Positions 1 through 17,572 of a stretch of 64,000 bases of DNA are shown piece by piece. The first letter of the stretch is position 1. Each line of letters begins with the position of its first letter. Source of the DNA: Paraspadella gotoi (Eukaryota; Animalia; Chaetognatha); the NCBI GenBank assembly GCA_051294375.1, contig CM119268.1:7274861-7338860 (forward strand), read 5' to 3'. Under the pieces are notes generated by a model that was not told the DNA's origin, searched no databases, and saw only the letters and a program-made list of their open reading frames with translations. Position numbers and translations under genes: made by a program.

Positions 1-261
1 GAATAGAAGTGGGTGAGATAGTTTGTGATTTCCAAAGATCGACGAAACTTTTCATTTTCTTTTAAAAAAAATTTTTTTAGATGAAAAATGTTTATTTTCA
101 TTTTTTTTTATTTCTTTCATTTCAATCTTAGCCTAAAAGTGGGATTACAATTAATCTAATGACGCGGCCACGTACTGTGCTGACGGGGTAGTCGTGAATT
201 GGCAAGACTTCACATGATTGGCGCCAAACTACGACAATAAAAAGTCCGTCATTCATCCCAG

Positions 262-3040
<2,779 letters not shown>

Positions 3041-4094
3041 GGGAGGCTGATGGCTGAGGGAGGTAAGGGTGGGAGGTAAGGTAAGGTAGGTAAGGGCGAA
3101 GTTTAAATCCCACGGATTACGGGACAGAATTCTAACTCGGCCTGCAATATATACTTCGTATCGTACTTCTTATACTTTGTATACTTTATACTACAATAAT
3201 AGCAAAACATTCTTATACTTTTGACGAACTTTGTTAGTAATTTTGCTAAGTTGATATTATAGAAACCTTCTTTCAACTTTATTAAACGATTGATACTTAC
3301 GTATGTGTATAGCGATTTTATTTTTATTGAGTTGAAATTTCATTAATATTTTATTCAATAACATACGTGTCATGTTGTTAATGGAAATTGGGATATATTG
3401 GCACATAATGATACTCAGTTAAAATTTATCCTTAATAACGTAGTTGTAATAAAAATTTTGTGGTTGCTCCCAAAAACTAATGCAAAATTAAAAAAAAATA
3501 AATTGATCACCAATTAACGAAAAAAATGCATGTTTTTTTTTTTGACAATAATTAGAAAATAGTGCCAATTATGAAATTAGATAATTAGTAGATTGAATGA
3601 CAATTCTCTTCATGGAAATTCTTCTAATCTAAAAACAAATTTATATTTGAGAGTAAAACAGTTTGAGTTTCAGTAGGGAAAATAAAACACACTATATTAC
3701 GCCTAACAAATAAATAGGAGATTTCTCAATCATCTCCTCAGTTACATGAGGAGAAGAGAAAGGATAATCTATGTAGCCATTTTCAGAAATGAAATTAATT
3801 TGCAAAGGAGTCCATCTCCTTAAAAATATAACAAAACAAATGTAGAAATTACATCTCGTGCTCCCTAGGATCAACAATAACTTCTTCTATCTGATTTTTT
3901 TAAAAAATAAGAGAGTAAAAAAAATTATTGTTTACAAAGTAAGACGAACATTCAAGCGTTTTGGGTGAGAATCTTTCACAGAGGTAAGAACAGTTACTTC
4001 AGTTTCAAAGACTAACTGAGTTTTAGCCTACGCGTTAAAGTTGGTGAGTTTTTTTTTTTTAATTAATTCGAATTAATTTAGAATTAATTGTATT

Positions 4095-4270
4095 ATGAAA
4101 TTCGTAAAACCAATATAAAAAATTATCCATTCATTTAATAAATAAGCTATCTGTCCCTGACTTTGGACAGCTTTGGGGTTTAAGGCCTCCATCACCTTAC
4201 AAGATAATACATAGCAGGTCTGCAAGCTTTCAATCAAGACTCTCTCAAGTCATTTATATCAGGAACCTGC
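4095..4270 (-). repeat. Dispersed repeat, inverted copy of 11985-12125
   Basis: ATCCATTCATTTAATAAATAAGCTATCT...GACTTTGGACAG...CTTACAAGATAAT...CATAGCAGG...TGCAAGCTTTCAATCAAGACTCTCTC is the reverse complement of segments at 11994-12092. Confidence 0.85.
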
Positions 4271-4988
4271 TCCCTCAGAGTACAAGATCAGTAAATATAA
4301 TATTTATTTACCCAGTACCGTCTTTCAGAATATAATACTGAAAAACTTACAGTGAACGTACGTACGTATGTAGGTTACGTAAGTTATCGTGGTTGCTCAA
4401 AAATGCATAATAAAAAAAATAAATTGATCACAAACTAATAAACTGTAGTAGAACGCTACAGTTAACGTACGTACGTACGTAACGTACAGGGAACGTATAC
4501 AGTTAACAACTCCCAGCAACCCGACTAAGCTTTTCCCCCTTAATATAATCAATCAAATACGACCGAGGCATCGAAGCAAGTTCGAAAGATGCCCATGAAG
4601 GTTCCCCTCTTGCTCTTGGACGAGAGGGGCGTGGCCGCCGGCGCGTCGGCGACGCCGTCCGCGCCATTTCGGCTTCGTCGTAGGCGGAGGAGAGCGGCGT
4701 CTGGAGGCGGCGGCCGCGGCTGTGGCGTCGGCCTCACCAAGAAGCTGGCGTCCGCGATTCGACTCGATCAGTCATGAGGTTATTGAAGATCTAATGGAGG
4801 GAGGGAATGAAGGGTCGAAGGTCATTACCATAGAATGTGCTAGAGTTAAACACTTTTTTTGGACTGTAAAATTCTTTCCACTTTGTATACATTCGAAATC
4901 GTCTAAATCGTATAATTACATTCAGAACTCTCAGATCATGGGGTGAATTAATTAATTTTTATTTTTTAACTAATAGCTGACAAGTTAC

Positions 4989-5058
4989 CTCGAATTTGTT
5001 GGGATTTCTTTTCTGATTTGTAAGTTCCGTCATTAGTTTTCTCTTGCTCTTCCATCAT
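4989..5058 (-). CDS. Possible additional 3' exon of the NPF-motif gene, reached via a GC-AG intron
   Basis: Donor AAG|GCGAGT at 5259/5258, acceptor TTCTCTGGCAG at 5059; exon reads MMEEQEKTNDGTYKSEKKSQQIR and ends G|GTAAC. Continuation into GC-rich 4549-4790 is not resolved. Confidence 0.45.
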
Positions 5059-5231
5059 CTGCCAGAGAAGAGAAAAAAAATTGTTTGAAACCGAGCTAGC
5101 AAATGGCTATTCAAGAATGAGCTGAGCCCTGTAGCTAACCGAAAAAGACTATTTATCGACCTACGTAAAAACAAATCATCTATCCCACCTCGAAACTATA
5201 ATAATAAATATAATTTTAAACGTCCCCTTCG

Positions 5232-8200
5232 CTATAGAAAGTCAGCCCATAAACTCGCCTTTAACTTTTGAGATAAATAGCTCTCTTTTGGCATAGTTTC
5301 CTCTACTTTATCGGTCTCGATGAGCCGAGAATTGGGTGCTTTGGATCTGAATGGATTTTCCATGTTTTTCAAATTGAGCGGATTAATCTTGGATCTTATG
5401 GAACCTCCTTTGTCAGCATCCGTCTTGCTATCCACACTTAGGGTCGCCTTCGCGTTCGATTTGAAAGGATTCTCTATCTTTGTCAAATTGAGCGGATTAA
5501 TTTTCGATGGAATAGAGTTCGTCTTGCTTTCCCCATCATCGGTAGTCGACTTCGGACCCGATTTGAACGGATTGATCCTCGACGTAAGAGATTCCCCTTT
5601 GTCATCGTTCGTCTTGTTCCCCGCATCATTGGCGGTCGACTTCGCTCCGGATCTGAAGCTGGAAAAGTTGAGCGACTTGAACAAAGAAGCGTCGTCGCCA
5701 TTTTCTCGAGCGACCGTCGACGGGGGATTCCTTCTTCGAAACGGATTCGCCGACGCGAAGAGAGAATTCCCCGATTTCTCTTCGATCTTCGGCGCCTCTT
5801 CGATCTCCGCTTCCAATCGGATCGATCCCTCCGTCATCTCCTCCTTCTCCAATTCGATCTCCGGCGTCGGCGTCTTCTTCCACGAGAAAGCGGCGCCGAT
5901 CGATCGCAAATTGGGGACGTACGACGTTTTGGGCGGCGGCGCCTTCGAATCCGTCTCGTCTGTTTTTTCGATCTTTCGTCGCAGATTCTCGGTCGCGTTG
6001 TCCGCCACTTCGATCGATGCGTCAGGGTCCGTGCTAAGTTGTTTCTTTAATCGACCCCAAAGCCTCCGATACGCGCTGGGATTGACGGGCTTTGAGTCGG
6101 CGACGGGGCGGTCGAGGGCATCGTTCGGAAGCAGCTTGGAAGCCTTCAACTCTCTCTGCGACGTGCGGAATAATTTGGAGAACTCGGCGTCGAGTTGGTC
6201 GTCGTTCATCGTCTCGTAGTCGACGTCGGGAGACGAGGACGCCGCCTTGAGTTCCGTCTTCGCCGGATAATCCCGGCGGCGTCGAATGCCAGAAATATCG
6301 GCGGAGGGAGAGCGGGACTCTTCGCTGGAATCTGTCGTCACAATCTCGTCGCCGTGAAGGGAGGAAGCGGGTTTTCTTGCTGATTTTGAATAGAGAGCTG
6401 TTATGAAAAAGAAGAGATTGGTTTGCTTCAAGTTTTAATATATATAAATTTACTTAATGGCTTAAATTGGTTGATGTTTATAAATATTCAAAAAATTGCT
6501 GTCCATAGAAATTAATATTCTTCTTTTAAATAGGAAATATATTCTTTACAATGTTCATAACTATTAATCAATTACTTCAAATTTCAATTCATTAATTAAC
6601 CTGGATCTATCCTCTTTTTGATAATGACGGCATTTTCGGGGATTCCAACGTTCGCTAGATTCTGCATCGCGCCAGTGGCCACGGCCGTTAAGGGGAGATG
6701 TTGCAGAGATGGAAGAAATTCGACTGACTTGGGTCGTTTCATCTCGCTTATGTATTGCGTGGAGGCTAATTTTGAATCAAATCAAACAATTCAATAATCC
6801 ATCACTTAACTCCCATCTATGAGTTAATCCTTTATCAAATTAATTCATAAACAAACAAAACTATCAATTAATCATTAAATTAATTCGCAGTAAAAGGTCG
6901 CTCACCCCTGATCTTTTCCAAAGATTCGGGTTTTTCTTTCGGCGAAATCGGTTCTTGCAGATAACCCCATGCGGGGGCGAACTCCGAGACTGACCCATTT
7001 TCGGACTGAAAAACCGAAGTGAAAATTATTTAAGACAAGAGAGTTGTCCCGGGGAAAGTAAGAGGACAAGTATTTAATATGATCCTTTTAGCCGCGGAGT
7101 AATGGCGAAATTATTTAGGAATATTTTTTCAGAGCTTTAGTTTAAGTCATTATTGTCAATAAGCTTGTAAAGTTTATTTATTTACGCGAATTTTGATTAT
7201 TCTTTTTCGAGTCGCCTGATGTTTGAATTTCTTTTCATTTTTAAAAAAAACATTTCATTATTTGCACAACGATTTATTTCAAAACATTAATGATATCGAA
7301 ATTTACCGTCGAATTTTTCTCTTTTTAAACTAATGTCTTAATTCTTTTCAAAATAGCGAAAAAAGAAAAGAAAACAAAGTGAAAGGAAACAAAATGAAAT
7401 AAAATAAAGCCAATCGAAGTATAACGAAACATAAATAAAAAAAACAAAACAAACAAAAAAACAAAACACTCAAAACTCACCACAGCCCGCGGACTCGGCG
7501 CTCTTTTCCCGCCGGACGTGGGCGTGACCGAACGCCCTCTCTCGGCGGCGGCGGCGGACATGGGTCGATCGTTGAGCGTCCCCTCGGGTCGGAAGGGCTT
7601 GAGGGAGTAAGGACCATCGCCGAAGACGGCCAGGGCGTCGGCGACGGCGGCGTCGGACGTTCGCATCACCGACGCCGCCCGTGACGAGGCGTTGCGCGGA
7701 CTCTCGTAAGAGGGCGGCGGCGGCGTCGCGTTGGACTCCTGTCCGCCGGCGTAGTCGATCTGGGGGCGGGGGATCTGGAATCGGATCGAGTCCTGGGAGA
7801 GTAACGAGGGGGGGGGAGTAGAAGTTGCGTAAGCTCAAATGAATAATAAAGATTGTCGTTTTGTTTTCGTCTCCGTCGTCCCTGTTGTTATTTCTTTTTT
7901 TTTTTTTTGAGGGACAGACAGACTGACAGACTTACTATCTTAACTTCCTTCTTCTTTTTCTTTTTCTTATTTTCTTTATTCGTGGTTTCGGCGAGGGCCT
8001 CTCGTTCGAGCGTCGTTCGCTTCCTCGGCACCGGAGGCGCTGCAACGAATGAGAAAAACAAAAGGCGATGCTTCAAAAACGAACTTTCCCCGGATTCTAG
8101 CTCCATAGTGAAGTCAACAACAAATTGATAATAAAAATATTCAAAATCAACTTCTTCCCGCTAATGAATCGGGCAACCACACCGACCGCCAGCTGCACAT

Positions 8201-8740
8201 TCGACAATGGACACGCCCACTTACTGACAGTCGAATCGGGCACCGTCGTTGGTTCGTCATCGAAACCCACGAACAACGTCCGGTTCGGATCTTAAGAAGA
8301 GTAGGTGAAGAACGAAGAGGAGGAAGTTAGCAGACAGCAGATATGCGTATATTAAAAAATAGTTAACTAATTAAAATATTACCTTATACCTTCTGTTTTT
8401 AAAAATAATTTGAAACGTGGTGAAAACTTAAAAAAAAAACAATATACATGCTAACTACAAATGTGAAAAGTTTTTTAATCGTTTGTTTATTTTACTAAAA
8501 CAGTATTGTTATAGTTACAGTAATATGTAATTTATCTTGGAAAATAGTTACCTGGCTGATATTTTTTCCCATTCTCGATATCTTCTATGACACTTTCAAA
8601 ACGAGAAACTTGAATGAAAAGTAAAAGACATTTGAATGAAAAAATACGATTAAAAGCTAATTAATGACAGTAAATCTACCTGACAATGGCCTTTTGCTCG
8701 GTTTTAATATCGATTTTTCGGGCATTAATACCGAAGTCAT
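5232..8740 (-). CDS. Uncharacterised largely disordered protein (about 676 aa) with SILK, PPxY, poly-Lys and four NPF motifs
   Basis: Exons 8740-8680 (ATG ACT TCG), 8608-8552, 8290-8225, 8039-7936, 7792-7481, 7005-6906, 6765-6601, 6397-5232 all have GT-AG boundaries and matching phases (1,1,1,0,0,1,1); total 2031 nt with an open frame. Confidence 0.78.
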
Positions 8741-9583
8741 TGTTTTGTTTAATTTTTAATTTGCATTTTATTTCTTTAAATTGTTTTTTAAATCAACGTT
8801 TAATTTTCCTTTCCATGTTCCACAGTAGATTTATGAAGTGCCTTGAGATGAACAATCATTGAAAAATCGCGAATATACGTGCTAGTGCTCTAGATTCTGA
8901 TTTGCCGACTCAAATTGTGGTTCGCCTATTCGCATTGAGAACTGTTCTAATTACCGCGCTGGGCGCCCAAGCACAAGTACGACCTATAAAGTTTTTCAAA
9001 TGTCGGCGGTGGATGTATGTTGTTATTTGTTGTTGCCATTTAGAACGCGTGTGGTACGGATGCCTTGATAATTTGTATAATTCCCCTGCGCGGTAATAAA
9101 ATATTTTTTTTGGTAGGGATGTATGGTGAATATGTAGGTAAGAAAACATAACTTTTCTATACCATACAGGTCAAGTTTCAAATTAGTGAGTAAATATCTA
9201 ACTTTTTTAAATTATTTAGATTTTGCCTCAGTTTCGGTTTTTTTGTTTAACCTGTATAAATGAGGGACCCTAAAAAAGGCGAATTTTGCCGCATTTCCCT
9301 TTTTATTGAATCAAAAGAAATCCGTAAAATACGGAACTAAAAAACGGGGAAATAAAGAGTAACGCCCGAATAGTTGAAATTGGCAGCGCGCTACAGGGTG
9401 AACCGACCACATTAAACGTGGTACAGGGTTCTTTCCATTTTTTCATTTTTATGTTTGATTCGAGTCCAGGATCTTGCGGCGAATGATTAAAAACTGGGCG
9501 GAAGCTATGGAGAGCATTGAGATTATTTTAGGGTTTTTGCTCCGCAGTTACCGAGTTCCTCGTTTTTGTTTGATTTCGTTCAT

Positions 9584-9658
9584 NNNNNNNNNNNNNNNNN
9601 NNNNNNNNNNNNNNNNNNNNNNNNNNNNNNNNNNNNNNNNNNNNNNNNNNNNNNNNNN
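9584..9658. other. Assembly gap (75 N)
   Basis: N run. Confidence 1.
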
Positions 9659-10291
9659 TAAATTATTTATTATAAATCGATGATTATTATCTAAACTAAC
9701 CAAGCTTTCGCCGCCACGACTTCCGACGAACTTCACGGCGACGAACTGGATTTTTCCGAAAAAGTTTCCTCGGAAAATTTTACGCGGCCAGCGAATTCGG
9801 AAGCGGGAGACGTTGACGATAAAAGAGAGAGATTATTATGCTCAGGAGACTAACGCAATGCTTCTCGCGCGCCAGATTTCGTAGCGCGTTACGACGAAGC
9901 TTCAGCGGCGTAGAAGCTTGGATTTTTTGCCGAAAAAGTTTTTCGTCGGAAAATTCTACGCGTCGCAGCGAATTCGTGAAGGCGGGAGACGTTTGATCGA
10001 TCGACCGCTGGGAAGGCGAGGGGCGGTTGGGCCGCCTATGCGGGCGGCGGGCCTGCGTTGGAGATCGGCCGGAGAACGAATGGAAAGGCAAGCCGGCGTA
10101 ATCGGTTTCGATCGCCGGGACGTCTCTCTGCGAGAAAGGGCGTGCTTATCAGCTGACGTCTCCGCCTCGTTGTGAATAGATCGCGACGAATGGACATCCA
10201 AGATGAAGGCGTGCGCGAGTGAAAGAAAAAAATGAGCAGGAGGACGAGTAAGAAGATGAGAGCCCTAGTAAAGAGACAAATATGGGAAGAA

Positions 10292-10316
10292 NNNNNNNNN
10301 NNNNNNNNNNNNNNNN
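10292..10316. other. Assembly gap (25 N)
   Basis: N run. Confidence 1.
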
Positions 10317-11397
10317 AGAAAAGCGAAGAGCGTGGAAGAAAAAAGAGGAGTGAGAGACAAAATAAGTGTTATTGAGTCAGCAATCATGGAGAGCGTGAGG
10401 GAAGTAGATAGCCTCACGGATAATCTCATAGATGATAGCGTGACAAGCGTTGGCCCTACAGATGAACTGGCCTTGGGGAGTGAAAAAGGCAAGATCAATC
10501 TGACCAGCAGTAGAGTGACTGACGAAGTAATGGAAACGGCTGAATTGTCAGACGAAGGAATGGAAACGGTTGTATTGTCAGACGAAGTAATGGAAACGGC
10601 TGAATTGTCAGCCGAAGGAATGGAAACTCCAGTCTTGTCCGGCGACGAGGACATCAAAGAATCATTAGAATCAAGAGCAGAATACATTTCAATATCTCAG
10701 CCGCTTCACGAGGTAAGGGACAGAAACGAGAGCGGAAACCAACCGAGTATTTTCGGAAAACACTTACTCGATCGGGATTCCAAGTCAGATACCAATAAAT
10801 TTAACGAAACGGCACAATTTGAAAAAAAAGTAAAGCGAAGAAAGTTCTCGTTAGATTCCAATAAATCTAAACCAACAAAGCCGCTCGAAAAGGATTCGAA
10901 TCAACGATCGATCGACCAAACAACCGCGAGTATCGCCTCTGTACCGACGGGTGACGATTCTTTCCTCAATGGCTCAGGATTTGACAAGGGATTTGCGACG
11001 GCGTTGTCGATTGACTCTACTATTGCAGCACCGATCGCGAAAACAACAACATTGTCTTCGGATGAGACGAAGGCCTCCGTCAACCAAAAATTCTCGGCAT
11101 CTTCCGCGACCACGACGATGACGTTAAAATCTCCATCTCGACGCCACGTGACGATTCCGTGGGAAACTCTGGGATTTAATTCGACCAGAGACGAAGGCAG
11201 TTTTCGGAATTTCGTCAAAGGAATCGTGAGCGCGTTCGAAAACCTGATACGGTAAGTGAAATGACGCACGACGATGCTAATTGTTACTTGGATGAACGTA
11301 ATTCTAACTTCGGATTCGATGTTGAAAATGAGGGTCCAAATCCTTAAATTAAAAAAAAGTGGTTTGACTTGTTTTCAGATCTTTGACATTAAGATGA
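10317..11397 (+). CDS. 3' part of an uncharacterised acidic, Ser/Thr-rich protein
   Basis: Open frame from the gap to donor CG|GTAAGT at 11251; acceptor TTTTCAG at 11378; ends FVKGIVSAFENLIR-SLTLR* (TGA 11395-11397). The 5' part probably lies in the error-rich 9660-10290 and the gaps. Confidence 0.6.
10521..10640 (+). repeat. Coding tandem repeat, 4 x 30 nt (DEVMETAELS / DEGMETVVLS variants)
   Basis: Units start at 10521, 10551, 10581, 10611. Confidence 0.92.
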
Positions 11398-11766
11398 GAC
11401 GGATAATAAGGTACGAATGTACTGGTTAAATTGAAATGAAGTGAATAAAAAATTAGGAAATTTTTATTTATTCGAACAAAGAATGAGCAATGTTTTTTAA
11501 AGTTTTTTTTGGTTTTTTTTGCGTTTTTCTAATAGTTATTTCCTGATTGAATCAAGCGAAAAAAAAACCAAACAAATTGATAATAAAAAATTGGAAAATG
11601 CTTTCAATTGAAAACATTTAATAATCCTCACGTGATGACTAGCTAAAAATATTAACATCATAAAAACTAATCCTTCATTTTTAAGCCTAATTATAAAGAA
11701 TAAATAAAAACAAATTAACAGAAAAAAAAGTGCTAATCTAACTGATTGCGTCAAAAAAACGCAACA

Positions 11767-12125
11767 GGGGCAAGATAGCTTATTTATTAAATGAATGGAT
11801 AATTTTATATGTGTTGTACCAATTTATAAAATAAATCAGCTCCTTGTATTTTGATGCTAGTGCGGAGTACAATAAGTATTCCCGGATCTAATACTTAAGG
11901 GAGTGTCTTTTCATACAATTAAAACATTTTTGAAATATTATACCATCATTGATAGGGAAACAAGGTACTCTGGGAGTGAATAAACGAGACTGTGAGAGAG
12001 TCTTGATTGAAAGCTTGCAGGAACCTGCTATGTCATTATCTTGTAAGACTGTCCAAAGTCGGGGCAAGATAGCTTATTTATTAAATGAATGGATTATTTT
12101 TATATTGGTTGTACCAATTTCGTAA
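11767..12125 (+). repeat. Two partial copies of the dispersed repeat also at 4095-4270
   Basis: GGGGCAAGATAGCTTATTTATTAAATGAATGGAT at 11767 and 12061; the adjoining ATTGGTTGTACCAAT also occurs at 56161 and 58556. Confidence 0.8.
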
Positions 12126-12297
12126 ATAAGTGTTAACAAGGGCATCGCCGTTTAAAATGTCAATACGAATATTAATGCAAATTCAGAAAAGTGACATGAT
12201 ATTTCTTTGCGTTTTCAAAACGGTTTTATTCAACGTGGCTTTTCATTTGCTGAAAAGAACGTTTTACGATGCCATATACTGAGAAAATATGTGTTAT

Positions 12298-12300
<3 letters not shown>

Positions 12301-12365
<65 letters not shown>

Positions 12366-12366
12366 C

Positions 12367-12413
<47 letters not shown>

Positions 12414-12516
12414 AGACGAGAAAGAGACGAGAGAGAGAGAGACGAGAGAGAGAGAGACGAGAAAGAGACGAGAGAGAGACGAGAGAGGAGAGACGAGAGA
12501 GAGAGAGACAAGAGAG

Positions 12517-12613
<97 letters not shown>

Positions 12614-12620
12614 GAGAGAG
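12301..12620. repeat. Imperfect (GA)n microsatellite
   Basis: Direct reading; accounts for the RERE/LSLS ORFs here. Confidence 0.97.
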
Positions 12621-12638
12621 AACGAGAATGGAAGAAGT

Positions 12639-13989
12639 TTACACTGAAACAAAAATCGTAATACACCGTAGATGGCAGGAGCGATCAAAGCGAAAACAAA
12701 AGAACGCCGACGAGACCGAGAACGATGAGCAAGAGAGTGATATGTGGGCGTGGTGGGCGGCGTTGCAAAAGTCTACGTTGTCGCAGGCGCAATCCTCTTT
12801 CTCCGTCAATTCGAGATCTTCGCAACCGTCGAAGTCTGTTTGGGTTGAGAGAAAGAGTGGGTTGATTTGAGAGAAGGTTTCAGGAGAAATATTTAAGCGA
12901 ATGAATCGTGATGGAATAAAAATTATTATATTTCAGGAAAGTTCCGATTAAAATGAACGAAAATGAATGATTATTCGCCCCGAATGGCGAACGCCTATGA
13001 TTCAACTTCCACAAAAACTTTAGTACTAACATCTGTCGGGAAATATTTATATAATATTATATATATACAAGAATATCATTTAATGGAAATGAAGGATATG
13101 AATGAGAAAATTCTCAAAAAATCGCTTATTAAAAAGTCCGGAATTTCCAAAAAGCGAACACTTTGCAATCAAACCTCTCTCGCCCCCCAAAAAAAATCAA
13201 CCAATCAAATCAATCAAATCAATCAATCATCAATAAATAAATCAATCAATCATTCAATCAATCAATCAAATCAATCAAATCAAATCAATCAAATCAATCA
13301 ATCAAATCAAATCAATCAATCAAATCAATCAAATCAAAATCAATCAAATCAAACAAACAATCAAACCAATCAATCAACAGATATAATCAATAGATCAATT
13401 CAATCAATCAAACTTACTCCTTGTCTGACATCCCAATAGAAGGACGTCGACAAGCTCGTATCCGCTGTTGCCCCGGATGTCGCTATGAGTCTCAGTCCGT
13501 CGCACGCATTTCTCCTCGTTGTTGCACGTGTGTTCCACGCAGGTCTTTTCCACGTTCACGTGATAGTTGGCGGAGCGAAGGGTCTGGAAGAGGGAGTGAT
13601 GGGAGGTAGAAGGGTGGTTTGGTTGAAGTATGGGGATTTGTTATAATGATAAAAAAAAATAATAAAAAAGAAATAAACTATTTTTTTTAGCCACGATGGT
13701 TTATACCATAATTTATACGTTGGTGCGACTAAATTTTTTTATTTAGTTTAAAAACTAATTTGAGGTGTCAAGTAGAAAATTCTAAATGGCAATATTAATA
13801 ATAACCTAAGTTATTCTTATAACGGAAAATGTTTTCTTTTACTACGTAACCCGCAACTCTCCCCCTTTGACTCACCCGACAAAACTTTCCTTTGGCTTCG
13901 TCAGGACCCCAGCATCTCAAAGCTGGAGTCACCTCCGCCAAGAGAGCGAGAACGACGATGACGAAGAGTAAATATTCCATCGGGTTCAT
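12639..13989 (-). CDS. Ly6/uPAR (LU, three-finger) domain protein, quiver/SLEEPLESS-type architecture
   Basis: Exons 13989-13876, 13583-13418, 12835-12639. Hydrophobic signal peptide then ALRCW; 10 Cys ending CACDNVDFCN, typical of LU domains. A GPI-type tail LLLIVLGLVGVLLFSL* (stop 12687-12685) is present but out of frame as assembled. Confidence 0.88.
13196..13411. repeat. (AATC)/(AAATC) simple repeat in Ly6 intron 2
   Basis: Direct reading. Confidence 0.95.
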
Positions 13990-14682
13990 CTTTTTAGCTT
14001 TTTAGGGATGGCGGGATCTTTTGAGCGAAGTGGAGGGGCGTGCGCGTTTGCTAATATAGTATATATATAAGTTAAGTCTTTGATATTTATTCGAACGGAG
14101 TTGTTTTTCTCTTGATTTTTGTTTTTGTTCTAACGTTATCGATTGTATAAATTCATAAGTTTCCAAGTTTTTTTTATAATATATTACTTTTAAAGGAGAC
14201 AGACTTTGGATGAAGAGATTTTGTAACTTTCTCGAAATGACATATTATAGTTTAATTTGATCGAGAGAGATATGTAAAATGCGACATCTAGACTAAACAA
14301 ACCTAAGACGGTTGGGGATTCAAACGAAGCAGAATGATTCAGACTGAATGACGAAAACAGGTAAGGAAGCTTCAGTCTGATTGGGTAAGGTAGGTAAGGC
14401 ACACACAGTTCTATATTTGGGAAAAAAAAGTGCTTTTTTGTTTTCGTCGTTCTCATCACCTAGACGGTGCGATATCTTGAGGGAGCGATTGGAAAATAAC
14501 AAAATTAAAGAAAACAAAAGATCTTGTTTCGGTTTTTATTTTCGTTTTCCAACCCTACACTGGAGGCTACTGTCATTTTATTTTTATAACATTAGAAATT
14601 ATGATGTTCGAACCATGACTTAAGCAATTAATTTTAATTATCTTGCTATCTAGTTTTAATTTTACTCTTGTTGTCTTTCCAG

Positions 14683-16406
<1,724 letters not shown>

Positions 16407-17572
16407 GATTAGCCCACTTATCGCTCGCTGAAATAAATGACTTTTTAAATGGCGTTTTCGTCATTTGATCAGGGTTCTGTCCAATACTTGATAGTTATTA
16501 AAAGTAAGCGTTAAAGAATATATTCATATTTGCTTAGCCAGAAGCTATTTTGTAGAGTGCTAGTCGTAATTAAATAATTTGATGTCTACTCTTATCGTCT
16601 ATAAAACTGTGGTTTTAACATTTTGATTATTTTTATTTTTTTTTTACCTTACCAATTTGGCTACAACACTTTAAGTCTTTAGAATAGAAATCATTTAATA
16701 TTAGGAATTGAAACAATGATTTTAGTGCAATTAATTAGTGCATTTACATCCCTAATTGTTATCTAGCTTTAAGCAATGCAAAGTCAATCTAACTAGGTTT
16801 AGAAATTAATTAAAATTCATCAATCCATGTGGAAAATAGAAATTTTCCCATATAATCAATAAGCAATTTCTATGTAATCATGATTCATTTTCCACTTACG
16901 CACAAAAATATGTAGCTCTACGTACATCAGGCACTGAAAAATAACCGTGATAATTCCTGTAACTCAGGTAATTCCTGCTGTTTTACATAGAACTCATCAT
17001 ACAATAACAATTATTAAATTCAACAAGAAATAGGACGCAATCTACAGTTTCACAACTACTCCTTTCATATTGGTGTTGTTCAAATTAAAACCAATGAAAT
17101 GTTTTAAAAAATCGAAAGAAGAAATACAGATCCTATATGTTAGCATAGGAATAATATTCCTTCTATTTCGAAGATGAATAAATTTTCTTTTAAAATTTAC
17201 TTGGACATATGCATTATTAATGCTGATAATAAATATTTCAGTGCATTTGCTTTTTCAGTGAAGACAACTATTTTATATATTCCCATCAGACTATGTTTGC
17301 AAGCATTGTGATGTTATTATGCTCAGAATTATTTTAATTATCAGTAAAAATAATATCATGGTTCAAGTAATTCCTTAATTTTTTTTTCATTAGAAAGAAA
17401 CTTGATGTGCCTATTCATGATTCAGGTAAAATAACACTTCTTTCTATTTAAACTAGTATGAATTTAGTCAGTGACCCTAATCCCAGCCATTGTGAAACCA
17501 GAGACAGCTGCTTCAACGGCTATAAAGCAAATAAAAGATCATTAATAAAAAATATTTGTCTTACATGCGAAA

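Noticed and set aside
4356-4500. (ACGT)n runs between convergent genes
   Set aside because: Short simple repeats with no other support.
9660-10290. About 170-nt imperfect duplication and short ORFs between two gaps
   Set aside because: The second copy differs mainly by scattered 1-nt insertions, as in raw long-read sequence; not reliable enough to model.
12207-12688. RERE/LSLS ORFs, and similar ones at 864-1262, 12963-13439, 15187-15450, 37904-38864, 59714-60192
   Set aside because: Largely translations of microsatellites or low-complexity DNA.
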